Of a stretch of 64,000 nucleotides of DNA, positions 37,668-47,272 are shown piece after piece. Position 1 is the first letter of the stretch. The number at the start of each line of letters is the position of its first letter. The notes below the pieces were generated by a model. The model ran no database searches. It was given only the letters and a program-made list of their open reading frames with translations, and was not told where the DNA came from. The stretch is from assembly GCA_938005315.1 (NCBI GenBank), contig CALLOB010000005.1, positions 19,413 through 83,412 on the forward strand. Direction: 5' to 3'. The translations under genes and the position numbers were made by a program. Source of the DNA: an uncultured Phycisphaerae bacterium (GTDB taxonomy: Bacteria; Planctomycetota; Phycisphaerae; UBA1845; PWPN01).

Positions 37668-39446
37668 ATGAGTATACAACCCTCTCCCATCATCCTCGGA
37701 CCGCGGGTCGGAGCCCGTGCCGACGACGCTGAGAACGGCGACCTCGGCCGGGTGCTCGCCCGGGTGATGGCCATTCTGAGCCATCGCCGCTGGCTGTTCG
37801 CCATCCCGCTGCTGGCGGGCATGGCCTTTAGCCTGAGCGTCGCTCTGTGCCTGCCCCGCCAGTACCAGGTGAAGGCGATCATCGAGCGGCGCGACGACGA
37901 GGTCCTCACCAAGCTGGTCAGCTACAACTCCCCGACGCGCTTCGAGACCGTGCGCCGCTCCATCCGCATCGACCTGGCGGGCTACGAGGCCATTCGTCGG
38001 GCCGCCGACGAGCTCGGCCTGCTGGCCGGGCTGCCCCGCGACGCCAACGGCGCCCTGACGCCGCACGGCGAGGCCATGTGCCACGAGTTCCTGAGCAACC
38101 TGGCGTCGCAGCTCACGGTCGGGACCATCGACCAGAGCACCTACCTGGACCTCATCGAGATCCGCTATGCCGGCGACGATCCCGAGATGGCCGTCCGGCT
38201 GATCCGGCAACTCAAGGACAACTACATCGCCCAGACCCAGAACTTCATCACCGAAACCATGCGCGAATCGGAGCAGTTCTTCGAGGACAAGGTCCGCACC
38301 TGCCGCGAACAGGTCGCACGCATGCAGGTCGAACTGCTCCAGATCGAGGCCGAACAGCCCGGCATCTCGCCCAATCGACCCTCCGAGCTCGAGGACCTGA
38401 TCCGGCTGGAGATCAAGTCCATCGAGGAGCTCACCGGACGCAAGGCCCAGGTGGCCATGGACCTCTCCGGGCTCGAGGAAACCCTCCGTCAGCTGGCGGC
38501 CCGCGAACAGGCCGGCGATGCCAGCGGCGGACCGATGCCGGAACTGCTGCCTCTGACCGCAACCCACCTGATCCCCAATCCGCAGCGCTCCGCCCTGATG
38601 GCGGAAATGAACAATGTGCGTTCGCAGATCGCCGACGCCAAGTCCATGCGTCAGATGAAGGACGCCCATCCGACGGTGCTCAACCTCCGCGAGAAGCTCC
38701 GCCAGCTCCAGTCGGAGTTCGAACGGCTTCCGGAGATGATCGAGGCCCAGCCGGCGCCGCAGCCGGCTTCCGCGGACCGCTCCGGCCTGCCGCCGATCGT
38801 GGCCGCCCGCCAGCGGGTCGATCGCGAAATCGAGATCCTCCGCCGCAACCTGGCCAGCCTGGAGGACGCCCTTGCCGGGCATGTCGCCCGCCGCGCCGAA
38901 CTGGAGGCCCAGCGGCAGACCCTGCCCGACCGCCGCAAGGCCTACATGCAGCGGCTCGCGGCCCTGCGCGACGCCCAGGCCGAGGCCGAGATGTGGAGCG
39001 GGCACCTGGCCGACGTCCGCCAGCGTCTGACCGCCGCCGACGAGAACCGCGGCGTCAGGTTCTCCACCGTCGAGGAGCCGCGCGTCCCGATGCGCCCGCT
39101 CTCCCCGAAACTGTCGAGCGTGCTGCTGGTCTCGGCCGGAGTCGGAATGGCTTTGGGTGTCGCCGCCGTCTTCCTCCGGGAAGTCATGGATACCACCCTC
39201 CGGGACCCGATGCGTGTCTCCCAGATCCTCGGGATCCCGGTGCTCGAGATCGTCGGACGCATCAGCGTGACCGGTCGACGGCGCTTCTTCTCGCGCCGAG
39301 GGCTGCTGCCGGCCGTCGCCTGGGTTCAGGGAGTGTTGGTTCTCGTCCTCGGCGGCCTGTTCTACCTGAGCGTCGAGCGGCCGCGGACCTATGACGAGAT
39401 CCGGGAAAAGGCCAGCGGTGTCGTCGCCTCCCTGCGGAGGGACTGA
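37668..39446 (+). CDS. Polysaccharide chain-length determinant (PCP, GumC/Wzz-like)
   Basis: The N-terminal TM segment is WLFAIPLLAGMAFSLSVALCL. A long coiled periplasmic region follows, then the C-terminal TM segment LSSVLLVSAGVGMALGVAAVFL. It sits between the OPX and kinase-like genes. Confidence 0.75.
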   Translation: MSIQPSPIILGPRVGARADDAENGDLGRVLARVMAILSHRRWLFAIPLLAGMAFSLSVALCLPRQYQVKAIIERRDDEVLTKLVSYNSPTRFETVRRSIRIDLAGYEAIRRAADELGLLAGLPRDANGALTPHGEAMCHEFLSNLASQLTVGTIDQSTYLDLIEIRYAGDDPEMAVRLIRQLKDNYIAQTQNFITETMRESEQFFEDKVRTCREQVARMQVELLQIEAEQPGISPNRPSELEDLIRLEIKSIEELTGRKAQVAMDLSGLEETLRQLAAREQAGDASGGPMPELLPLTATHLIPNPQRSALMAEMNNVRSQIADAKSMRQMKDAHPTVLNLREKLRQLQSEFERLPEMIEAQPAPQPASADRSGLPPIVAARQRVDREIEILRRNLASLEDALAGHVARRAELEAQRQTLPDRRKAYMQRLAALRDAQAEAEMWSGHLADVRQRLTAADENRGVRFSTVEEPRVPMRPLSPKLSSVLLVSAGVGMALGVAAVFLREVMDTTLRDPMRVSQILGIPVLEIVGRISVTGRRRFFSRRGLLPAVAWVQGVLVLVLGGLFYLSVERPRTYDEIREKASGVVASLRRD

Positions 39447-39491
39447 CCGCACGGCGGACGGGCCTGCCGTTCCCCCACGGAAGCGTGAGCT

Positions 39492-40424
39492 ATGGGTCGC
39501 ATCGCAGAAGCACTGAAACGCGCACAGGAGGAGAGACTTCGAAGGCGCGAGGCCGCCGGGGCCGCCCCGGGTGGTCCGCCGGCCGGCGCCGCGCGAGAGG
39601 GCGTCCCGGACGCCGGAGCCCGCGCCCCCGACGCCGCAGCCTCCACGACCGCGAGGTTCGGGGCGCTCTTCGACCTCCCGGCCATGCCCCGGCCCTTCAT
39701 CGTCAGCGCCTCCCCGCTGCCGCCGGAATCCGTCGATCGCCGGCTGGTCAGCTTCCACGAACCGTCCCTGGTCGTATCCGAGAAGTACCGGGCCATCCGC
39801 ACGCGGCTCCTGACCGCCAATCCCGACGGCGGCTCGCGCATCTACGCCGTGGCCTCCAGCCTCCACGGAGAGGGCCGGTCGGTCAGCGTCGGCAACCTGG
39901 GATTCTGCTTCGCCGAGCTGCGCCATCTTCGCGTGGCCATGGTGGACTGCGATCTGCGCCGCCGGGGCCTCAGCGATCTGTTCTCCGCCGCCGACAAGCC
40001 CGGCCTGGTGGATGTGATCCGGGGCGACAGACCGCTCTCGGAGGTCTGCCTGCCCGTCGTGCGCGGCAACCTGCATCTCATTCCCTCGGGAGACCCGGCC
40101 GGCGAGAGCCCCAGCGACCTGTTCGGCGGCTCCCGGCTGGCCTCGATCTTCCAGGAGATCCGCGAGCGCTTCCACTACGCGCTGGTGGACACGCCACCCA
40201 TGGACACCTTCGCGGACATCGGCCTGGTGGCTCCACTCTGCCACTCGACGCTGATCGTCATCCGCCTGAACAGCACCCCGGAAGGCGTCCTGCGACGCTG
40301 CGTGCGGATGCTGCAGGCCAACCGGATTCCCATCGCCGGATCTATCCTGGTCGGCGAGTGCCACAACGGCCTGGCCCGGCCCGAGTCCAGCGATTACTAC
40401 AACCCCCTTGCGGCGGAGGCATGA
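39492..40424 (+). CDS. BY-kinase-like (CpsD/CapB/EpsG-type) P-loop protein with Lys-to-Arg Walker A
   Basis: Walker A' is VAMVDCDLRRRGL and Walker B is YALVDTPPM. The Walker A position reads SSLHGEGRSVS where the family has GEGK[ST]. The C-terminus has only a DYY pair. Confidence 0.7.
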   Translation: MGRIAEALKRAQEERLRRREAAGAAPGGPPAGAAREGVPDAGARAPDAAASTTARFGALFDLPAMPRPFIVSASPLPPESVDRRLVSFHEPSLVVSEKYRAIRTRLLTANPDGGSRIYAVASSLHGEGRSVSVGNLGFCFAELRHLRVAMVDCDLRRRGLSDLFSAADKPGLVDVIRGDRPLSEVCLPVVRGNLHLIPSGDPAGESPSDLFGGSRLASIFQEIRERFHYALVDTPPMDTFADIGLVAPLCHSTLIVIRLNSTPEGVLRRCVRMLQANRIPIAGSILVGECHNGLARPESSDYYNPLAAEA

Positions 40425-41491
40425 ACATGCCCCCGACGGTCCGCGAACTCGACGCCGCCGCGCGGGGCCGATGGGACGAGTACGTCCGGGACCATCCGGA
40501 GGCGACCTTCTTCCACACGCCGGTCTGGCAGGATGCCGTGGAGACCGCCTTCGGGCACGCCCCCTGCGCCCTAGCCGCCTGGCGGGGCGAACGGCTGACC
40601 GGCGTGTTTCCGCTGTTCCGCGTCGAGAGCCGTCTGGCCGGGCGCATCCTGGTGAGCACCCCCTACGCGGTGTATGGCGGGACCCTGGCCGACGACGCCG
40701 AATGCCACCAGGCGCTGCTCGAGGCCGCCCTGGAACGCGCCCGGAGCATGCGCGTCCGGTGGATCGACATCCGCTCCGAAAAGGCGCATTGCCCGGACCT
40801 GCCGGTGGTGAATCGCTATGTCACCTTCCGCCGCGCGCTGCCGGAGGACCCGGCCGAGGTTCTCGCCCGGCTGCCCCGCAAAGCCCGGGCGGCCGCACGT
40901 CATGCCCGCGAGCGATTCGGGCTCCAGATCGTCTTCGGCGACGAGTGCCTGCCGACCGTCTGGAAACTCTACAGCCGCAGCATGCGGAGGCTGGGCTCGC
41001 TGAATTACCCGCAGGGATTTTTCGAAGCACTGATACGCAGCACGCCGGCCGGCCCGGCAGATCCCCAGGCGCCCGGCCATCTGGTCCAGCTCGTGCTCCA
41101 CCGTGACAGACCCATCGCCGGCCTGCTGAGCTTCACGTTTCGCGGGGTGATGATGCCCTACTTCGCCGGCTGCGACGAGCGTTTCGAGAGGTACCACCCC
41201 AACAACCTCATGTACCTGGCCGCGATGGAGGAGGCGGTGCGCAGGGGGTGCCGGGTGTTCGATTTCGGCCGCAGCCGCGTCGACAACGCCGGGGTCTGCG
41301 ACTTCAAACGCTTCCAGGGGTTCCAGCCTCGGCCGCTGGAGTACCAGTACGCGTCGCTGCGGGGATCTGAGGCGCCGAACCTGCATCCGGACAACCCCCG
41401 GCTGGCCGTCGCCCGCAGACTCTGGCCGCGGCTTCCGCTGGCGGTCACGCGGCCGCTGGGAGCCTGGCTGGCACGCTCGATTCCGGGCTGA
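40421..41491 (+). CDS. FemAB-related / GNAT-fold acyltransferase (PEP-CTERM-locus type)
   Basis: The ATG overlaps the previous stop (ATGA). Contains WDEYVRDHPEATFFHTPVWQDAV, STPYAVYGG, YSRSMRRLGSLNYPQGFF, MPYFAGCDERFERYHPNNLMY and FDFGRS. Confidence 0.7.
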   Translation: MNMPPTVRELDAAARGRWDEYVRDHPEATFFHTPVWQDAVETAFGHAPCALAAWRGERLTGVFPLFRVESRLAGRILVSTPYAVYGGTLADDAECHQALLEAALERARSMRVRWIDIRSEKAHCPDLPVVNRYVTFRRALPEDPAEVLARLPRKARAAARHARERFGLQIVFGDECLPTVWKLYSRSMRRLGSLNYPQGFFEALIRSTPAGPADPQAPGHLVQLVLHRDRPIAGLLSFTFRGVMMPYFAGCDERFERYHPNNLMYLAAMEEAVRRGCRVFDFGRSRVDNAGVCDFKRFQGFQPRPLEYQYASLRGSEAPNLHPDNPRLAVARRLWPRLPLAVTRPLGAWLARSIPG

Positions 41492-41554
41492 AGAGCCGGC
41501 CGACGCTGAAAAAACGCGGCGGAGCCTGTTTCGGCGGCCGCAACACGGACGAAC

Positions 41555-42859
41555 ATGAGACTGCTGTTTCTCATCCATCGCCTGCCCTGTCCGCCCGACC
41601 GCGGGGCCAAGCTGCGCGCCGCGGCGCTGCTGGACTGGCTGGCCCGCCGCCACGAACTGTGGTGCGCCGGCTTCCTGGATCCGCCCGCCGGCCGGGAGCA
41701 CGCTGCCCAGACCGCCGAGTCCCTGGCCCGCTGGCGCGGCCTCTGCCGGGAGGTCTCGGCCCTGCCGCTTCGCCCGGCGACGGCGACGTGCCGGGCCCTG
41801 GCCGGGCTGACCGCCGGCGGCACCGCCACCGAAAACTACTTCCGCTCGGCCCGCCTCGAACGGCAGATCGCCGACTGGGGTCGGCGGATCGGCTTCGACG
41901 CCGTGCTGGCCTTCTCCTCCAGCATGGCCCCGGCGGCGCTGAGCGTGCCGGCGCCGCGCCGGGTGCTGGTTATGGATGACCTGGACAGCCGCAAGTGGGC
42001 CCAGTCCGCGGCCCGCTCCGTCTGGCCCGCCCGTCAGCTTTATGCCCTGGAGGCCTCCCGGCTGGCCGACCGCGAACGCGCCTGGATCGCGGCCTTCGAC
42101 GCCACCGTGCTGGTCAGCCGACGCGAGGCGGAGGCCGTGACCGACCCCGCCCTGCGCGCCCGGGTGCACGTCATTCCGGCTGGAGCCGGAGCGGGCTTCG
42201 GGGATGCCCCGGCCGCCGACCCGCCGCCGCTGCCGGACGACGATGTCGTCGGCTTCGTCGGGGCCATGGACTACGAGCCCAACATCGACGCCGCCAGGTG
42301 GCTTGCCGGGTCGATCTGGCCGCTGATCCGAGCCCGCCGCCCCTCGGCCCGGCTGTGGATCGTGGGACGCTCTCCGACCCGCGCCGTGCGGCGGCTCGAC
42401 GGGCGCGACGGCATCCGTGTGACCGGCACCGTACCCGACGTCGGCCCCTGGCTGGCCGGCATGTGCGTGCATGTCGCTCCGCTGCGGCTGGCCCGCGGCG
42501 TCCAGATCAAGGTGCTCTCGGCCATGGCGGCCGCGCGGCCCTGCGTGGTGACGCCCGAGGTCGCCGAAGGCCTCGGCGCCGACCCCGGGCGCGACCTGCT
42601 GGTGGCCTCCGGCGCCCGGGACATCGCCGGGGCGGTGGTCGATCTGCTGGAGGACCGAATGCGGGCCCGAACAATCGGGCTGAACGGGCTGGCCTTTGTC
42701 CGGGAAGGCGGCGGCGCCTCCCGGGGCCTGCTGCGTCTGGAGGAACTGTTGGGAGGAAACCCCGGCGACACGGGACGGCCGGCGCACGAACGAACCGCGA
42801 ACCCGGCTGCGATCCGCCGGGTCCCCGCGTCCGGGAGGGTGGTCGCCCTGCCGGCATGA
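41555..42859 (+). CDS. GT4-family glycosyltransferase (resembles the PEP-CTERM/EpsH1-associated sugar transferase type)
   Basis: Starts MRLLFLIHRLPCPPDRGAKLRAAALLDWLARRHEL. Contains FVGAMDYEPNIDAARWL and APLRLARGVQIKVLSAMAAARPCV. Confidence 0.75.
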   Translation: MRLLFLIHRLPCPPDRGAKLRAAALLDWLARRHELWCAGFLDPPAGREHAAQTAESLARWRGLCREVSALPLRPATATCRALAGLTAGGTATENYFRSARLERQIADWGRRIGFDAVLAFSSSMAPAALSVPAPRRVLVMDDLDSRKWAQSAARSVWPARQLYALEASRLADRERAWIAAFDATVLVSRREAEAVTDPALRARVHVIPAGAGAGFGDAPAADPPPLPDDDVVGFVGAMDYEPNIDAARWLAGSIWPLIRARRPSARLWIVGRSPTRAVRRLDGRDGIRVTGTVPDVGPWLAGMCVHVAPLRLARGVQIKVLSAMAAARPCVVTPEVAEGLGADPGRDLLVASGARDIAGAVVDLLEDRMRARTIGLNGLAFVREGGGASRGLLRLEELLGGNPGDTGRPAHERTANPAAIRRVPASGRVVALPA

Positions 42860-42871
42860 GGCTGCATCATC

Positions 42872-44101
42872 ATGATCCGCGACAAGAACATCATCTGTTT
42901 CGCCAGCGGCTGGAACTACCATCCGACGAGCAAGCACCATGTGATGCGTCGGCTCTCGGAGCAGAACAACATCATCTGGGTCAACTGGCACGCCTCCCGG
43001 CGGCCGCGGCTGGACCGGACCGACCTGCGTCACATGGCCGGCCGGCTGTGGCAGATCCGCCAGGGCCCGCAGGCGGTCAGCGACTCGATCACCGTCGTGA
43101 CCCCCTGCCAGCTGCCCCTGCCGGGCTCCTCGGCCGCGCGGCGGTTCAACGCCCGGATGGTCAGCCGGGCGATCAGGGGCATCCTTCGCCGTCTGCCCCG
43201 CAGGCCGGTGCAGATCTGGAGCTTCGCCCCCGACGTGGCCGAGCTGGTCGGCAGGTTCGACGAGGAACTGGTCCTGTACTACTGCGTCGACGCGTTCGGC
43301 GAGTTTCCCGGCTACAACCGGCGGCTCATCGAGGACCGCGAGCGCGAGCTCATCGCCCGCAGCGACGTGATCATCACCACCTCGCCCCCGCTGTACGAGA
43401 ACAAGCGCCGGCTGCACTGGAACGTCCAGCACGTCGAGCACGGCGTGGATCACGGCCACCTCTCGCAGGCCCTGCGGCGGGATGTGCCGCCCCCGGCGGA
43501 CCTGGCGGCCCTGAGCCGCCCGATCTTCGGCTTCGTCGGCGTGATCGGCGACTGGGTGGACCTCGGGCTGATCGCCGGCCTGGCCCGCATGCGCCCGGAC
43601 GCCTCGGTGGTCATGATCGGCCCGACCCAGCAGCAGCGCGGGCCCTGCGCGGGCCTGCGCAACGTGCACTGGCTCGGGCCCAGGGACCATCGCCTGCTGC
43701 CGGACTATCTGCGATGGTTCGACGTCGGCCTGATCCCGTTCAAGGACGTGCCGCTGACCCAGGCCGCCAACCCGATCAAGCTGCACGAATATCTGGCCGC
43801 CGGGGTGCCCACGGTCAGCACTTCCCTGCCGGCCGTGCGGGCGATACCCAATTCGGTGTGGCTGGCCGACGACGCCCAGTCCATGGCCGACTGCTGCGAG
43901 GCCGCGCGGAAGTGCAACAGCCCCGACCAGCGCCGGGCCCGTTCGGAGTCCATGCTGCCGGAATCCTGGGCCCAGCGACTCGAACAGATCAGCCTGATCG
44001 TCGAGCGCACCCTCGCCCATCGGCCTTCCGCGGGCTTCGTGCCCGCCGCTGGCCGGACCCCCGCGCCCCCGGCGCCGGAGCTGGCCGTGACCGCGACGTG
44101 A
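42872..44101 (+). CDS. Glycosyltransferase (GT1/GT4 clan, TuaH-like)
   Basis: Starts MIRDKNIICFASGWNYHPTSKHHVMRRLSEQNNIIWVN. Contains FGFVGVIGDWVDL, GLIPFKDVPLTQAANPIKLHEYLAAGVP. Confidence 0.65.
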   Translation: MIRDKNIICFASGWNYHPTSKHHVMRRLSEQNNIIWVNWHASRRPRLDRTDLRHMAGRLWQIRQGPQAVSDSITVVTPCQLPLPGSSAARRFNARMVSRAIRGILRRLPRRPVQIWSFAPDVAELVGRFDEELVLYYCVDAFGEFPGYNRRLIEDRERELIARSDVIITTSPPLYENKRRLHWNVQHVEHGVDHGHLSQALRRDVPPPADLAALSRPIFGFVGVIGDWVDLGLIAGLARMRPDASVVMIGPTQQQRGPCAGLRNVHWLGPRDHRLLPDYLRWFDVGLIPFKDVPLTQAANPIKLHEYLAAGVPTVSTSLPAVRAIPNSVWLADDAQSMADCCEAARKCNSPDQRRARSESMLPESWAQRLEQISLIVERTLAHRPSAGFVPAAGRTPAPPAPELAVTAT

Positions 44102-44139
44102 GAAGCGAGGCGGTTGCGGATGTCCAGGGAGGATGGCCC

Positions 44140-44940
44140 TTGAGCGAGATCTGGCAGTATCGCGACCTGCTCTTTCAGCTCGTGCGGCGCGAGATCGTCG
44201 TGCGCTACCGCCACTCCCTGCTCGGCGTGGCCTGGGCCCTCCTCCAGCCGCTGGGGCTGATGCTGCTGTTCACCTTCGTGTTCACGCGGGCGGTGTCCGC
44301 CGGAGCGCTGAGCGAACTGGGCGTCCCGTATGCGATCTGGGCCTACATCGGCATCCTGCCCTGGACGCTCTTCGCGGCCGGACTGGGCGGCGCCGTGCTC
44401 AGCCTGGCCGCCCACCGCGACATGGTCACCAAGGTCTACTTCCCCCGGCAGATCCTGCCGATGGCCGCCGTCGCCAGCGCATTCTTCGATTTTCTGGTCG
44501 CCTCGACCGTGCTGGTCGGGCTGGCCGTGTACTACCGGGTCACCTGCGGCCTGACCCTGCCCCTGGGCGCTTCGCTGCTGTGGCTCGGACCGCTGATCGC
44601 CTTCCAGCTGCTGATCATGCTCGGCCTGGGTCTGTGGCTGGCCCTGGCCAACCTCTGGTACCGCGACGTGAAGTACCTGTTCAACGTCGGCATTCAGATG
44701 TGGATGTTCCTGACCAACGTGCTGTATCCGCTGCCGGACGACGGCGGAACGGCCATGCGGCTTCTGTCCCTGGCCAACCCGATGGTGCCGATCATCAGCG
44801 GTTATCGCTCGGTGCTGCTGGAAGGCCGGATGCCCGAGCCGCCGGCCCTGCTCCTGTCCGCGGCCGTCGGGGCGATGCTGACCGCCGGCGCCTGGGCGGC
44901 CTATCGCGTGCTGGAGGGGCGATTCGCCGAAAGGGTCTGA
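44140..44940 (+). CDS. wzm: ABC-2 type polysaccharide exporter permease
   Basis: The TTG start follows caGGGAGGAtggccc. Contains SEIWQYRDLLFQLVRREIVVRYRHSLLGVAWALLQPL. Six hydrophobic spans are visible. This is the 3' part of the read-through ORF 41995..44940. Confidence 0.8.
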   Translation: MSEIWQYRDLLFQLVRREIVVRYRHSLLGVAWALLQPLGLMLLFTFVFTRAVSAGALSELGVPYAIWAYIGILPWTLFAAGLGGAVLSLAAHRDMVTKVYFPRQILPMAAVASAFFDFLVASTVLVGLAVYYRVTCGLTLPLGASLLWLGPLIAFQLLIMLGLGLWLALANLWYRDVKYLFNVGIQMWMFLTNVLYPLPDDGGTAMRLLSLANPMVPIISGYRSVLLEGRMPEPPALLLSAAVGAMLTAGAWAAYRVLEGRFAERV

Positions 44941-44949
44941 CGCCGCCAG

Positions 44950-46059
44950 ATGCCACGGACCCCGCGAGGACTGCGGATGCTCATCGGCCAACGAATCATC
45001 GCCGGCCTGACCTGGCGGGTGGAAGCCCGGGCGGCAGGCCTGTCTCCCGCAGCCCGGGCCCGGGTACGCGACCTCTGCGGCCGGGCGCTGGGCATCGCCC
45101 GGGCCCACGACTGCCTTCCGGACCTCGCCGCGCGGGCCGCGATCCTGTGCTTTCACGGTGTCGGTCGGCGCCCCGATCCCCAGGTCGAGGAGGGCGTGCT
45201 CCCGGTCCGGGGCTTGCGAGCCGTCCTGAACACCCTGCGGCGATCCTTCCGTGTGATTCCACTGGCCGAGCTGGTCAACTGCCTGCGCGAACGCCGCCCG
45301 CTTCCGCCCCGCGCCGTGGTCATCACCTTCGACGACGGTTACGCCAACAATGCCGAGATCGCCGCCGAGGAACTCGACCGTCTGCGGCTGCCCTGGTCGG
45401 CGTTCCTCCCGGCCGGCCTGATCGAACACGGCCGGCGGCAGTGGGTGGACGACCTGCGGCTCCTGGTGCACCGCGGAAGCCGCAAACGCCTGTCGTTGCC
45501 CTGGGAGGGACGCACGCTCGCATTCGAGCTCGACACGCCCGGACGCCGACGCGCGGCGCTGGCCTGGCTGATCGATCATCTCCGCTACCTGCCCGAAGAG
45601 CGGCGAGAAGAACTGTGGCGGCAGCTCGTGGAGCCCTGTCCGCCCGACGAACTGGCCGACCTGCGCGAGCGTTTTCCGGGCTTTGCGCCGATGAGCTGGG
45701 CGCAGGCCCGTCAGCTTCGCCAGGCCGGCGTGGATGTCGGCAGTCACGGCCTGTCGCACATCGCCCTGGCACCGCAGACCCCCGAGCGACTGCGCCACGA
45801 GCTCAGCGAGGCCCGGAGACTGCTGCAACTTCGCCTGGGATCCGATGGACCGCACTTCTCGTACCCCTACGGCCGACCGGCGAGCATCTCCCCGGCCACC
45901 GAAGCCGCCCTGGGCGAGATGGGCTACGCCTGCGGTCTGACCCTCGAGCAGGACACCGTGCGCGGCGAACGTGCCGCCCTTCCGGCCCTGCCGCGGCTGA
46001 TCGTCCCGGCTCAGGCCGGCCGGATTCTCCTGACGCTCTGGCAGCGCTTCGCCCGCTGA
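44950..46059 (+). CDS. Polysaccharide deacetylase (NodB homology domain)
   Basis: Contains VVITFDDGYANN and GSHGLSHIAL, and ends in LIVPAQAG. Confidence 0.75.
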   Translation: MPRTPRGLRMLIGQRIIAGLTWRVEARAAGLSPAARARVRDLCGRALGIARAHDCLPDLAARAAILCFHGVGRRPDPQVEEGVLPVRGLRAVLNTLRRSFRVIPLAELVNCLRERRPLPPRAVVITFDDGYANNAEIAAEELDRLRLPWSAFLPAGLIEHGRRQWVDDLRLLVHRGSRKRLSLPWEGRTLAFELDTPGRRRAALAWLIDHLRYLPEERREELWRQLVEPCPPDELADLRERFPGFAPMSWAQARQLRQAGVDVGSHGLSHIALAPQTPERLRHELSEARRLLQLRLGSDGPHFSYPYGRPASISPATEAALGEMGYACGLTLEQDTVRGERAALPALPRLIVPAQAGRILLTLWQRFAR

Positions 46060-46264
46060 GGCCCGGCATCCGATAACCGCGCAGGCCCCATAATCGCCAC
46101 GAGGGCCGGGACGCCGCGGATTCTTTATGGGGCCGAACTCGCCCGGGCCCTTCCGCCTGCCGACATAACCATCAGCCGCGGACGGCTGGCGGACGGGCCG
46201 CCGCGCGCCGGTCGGCGTGCGCCCGCCGGTCGCCGCCGGCGCCGCGGCATGGAGTCTTCGAAAG

Positions 46265-47272
46265 ATGGCCGTGTTGGAAGCTGAAACCCCCGCGGCCGCG
46301 GGCTCGACGCTCGACATCCGGGCGTACGTCGATCCCCGCCGGCCGCTGAGCTGGTCGGCCCAGATGGTCGCCCTGCTGCGCGACGGGCATTACGCCGAGG
46401 CCTACGGCATCCTGGCCGAGAAGATGCCGTTCGTCGAGAACCAGCTGCGACCCTATGCCGAGTGCCTGGCCGGCGTCCGCAACCACTGGACGATGGTCCA
46501 CGACCGCATCGCCGGCCTGATGCCGCCGGGCGACAACCAGCGGATCCTCGACGTGGGCTGCGCTGTCGGCAGTCACGCCGTCGAGTTCGCCCGCAAGGGC
46601 CACCGCACCTGGGGCGTGGACATCCTGCCGGCGATGATCGACCGCGGCCGCGAGCTGGTCGATTCGCTCGGCCTGCAGGACCGCTGCACGCTGCTGACCG
46701 GCGACATCCGCCGGCTGGAACAGCTCTTCGAGCCGCACACATTCGACGCGGCCGTGGCCTGCGACATCTTCGAGCATCTCGACGATGCGTCGCTGCTGAC
46801 GCTTCTGGCGGGCCTGAGGCATGTGCTGCGGCCCGGCGGCACGATCATCATCCAGACCTCGCCGGGCCGGCATTACTACTGGTTCGACCCGGACCGCATC
46901 AAGCTGCTGGCCCTGCTGGCGCCGATGGCCTGGCTGCCGGACCGTCTGTTCACCGCCTGGGTGCGCGGGCTGGAACGCGGCCCGCTGCGGCGGCTGCGAT
47001 CCGAACACGAGCGCTTCTACCGCCACGAGCACGGGCACTTCAACTGCCTGGATCCGGTCCACCTGCGGGGGCTGCTCCGGCGGGCGGGGCTGCGCGACAT
47101 CCGGGTCTTCGCCGAGCACACCCACCCGGGCTTCAAGGACGAGGGCTGCCGCCGGACTTGGTGGGGCCGGCTGCTGTTCGGACGCAAGTCCGTTGCCTGC
47201 CGCAACCTCTACGGCCTGGCCCGGACGCCCGAATGCCGCGACCGGCCCGCCCCGCCGGAGGACCGGTCATGA
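46265..47272 (+). CDS. Class I SAM-dependent methyltransferase
   Basis: Contains ILDVGCAVGSHAVEFARKGHRTWGVDILPAMI, FDAAVACDIFEHL and LRPGGTIIIQT. Confidence 0.7.
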   Translation: MAVLEAETPAAAGSTLDIRAYVDPRRPLSWSAQMVALLRDGHYAEAYGILAEKMPFVENQLRPYAECLAGVRNHWTMVHDRIAGLMPPGDNQRILDVGCAVGSHAVEFARKGHRTWGVDILPAMIDRGRELVDSLGLQDRCTLLTGDIRRLEQLFEPHTFDAAVACDIFEHLDDASLLTLLAGLRHVLRPGGTIIIQTSPGRHYYWFDPDRIKLLALLAPMAWLPDRLFTAWVRGLERGPLRRLRSEHERFYRHEHGHFNCLDPVHLRGLLRRAGLRDIRVFAEHTHPGFKDEGCRRTWWGRLLFGRKSVACRNLYGLARTPECRDRPAPPEDRS

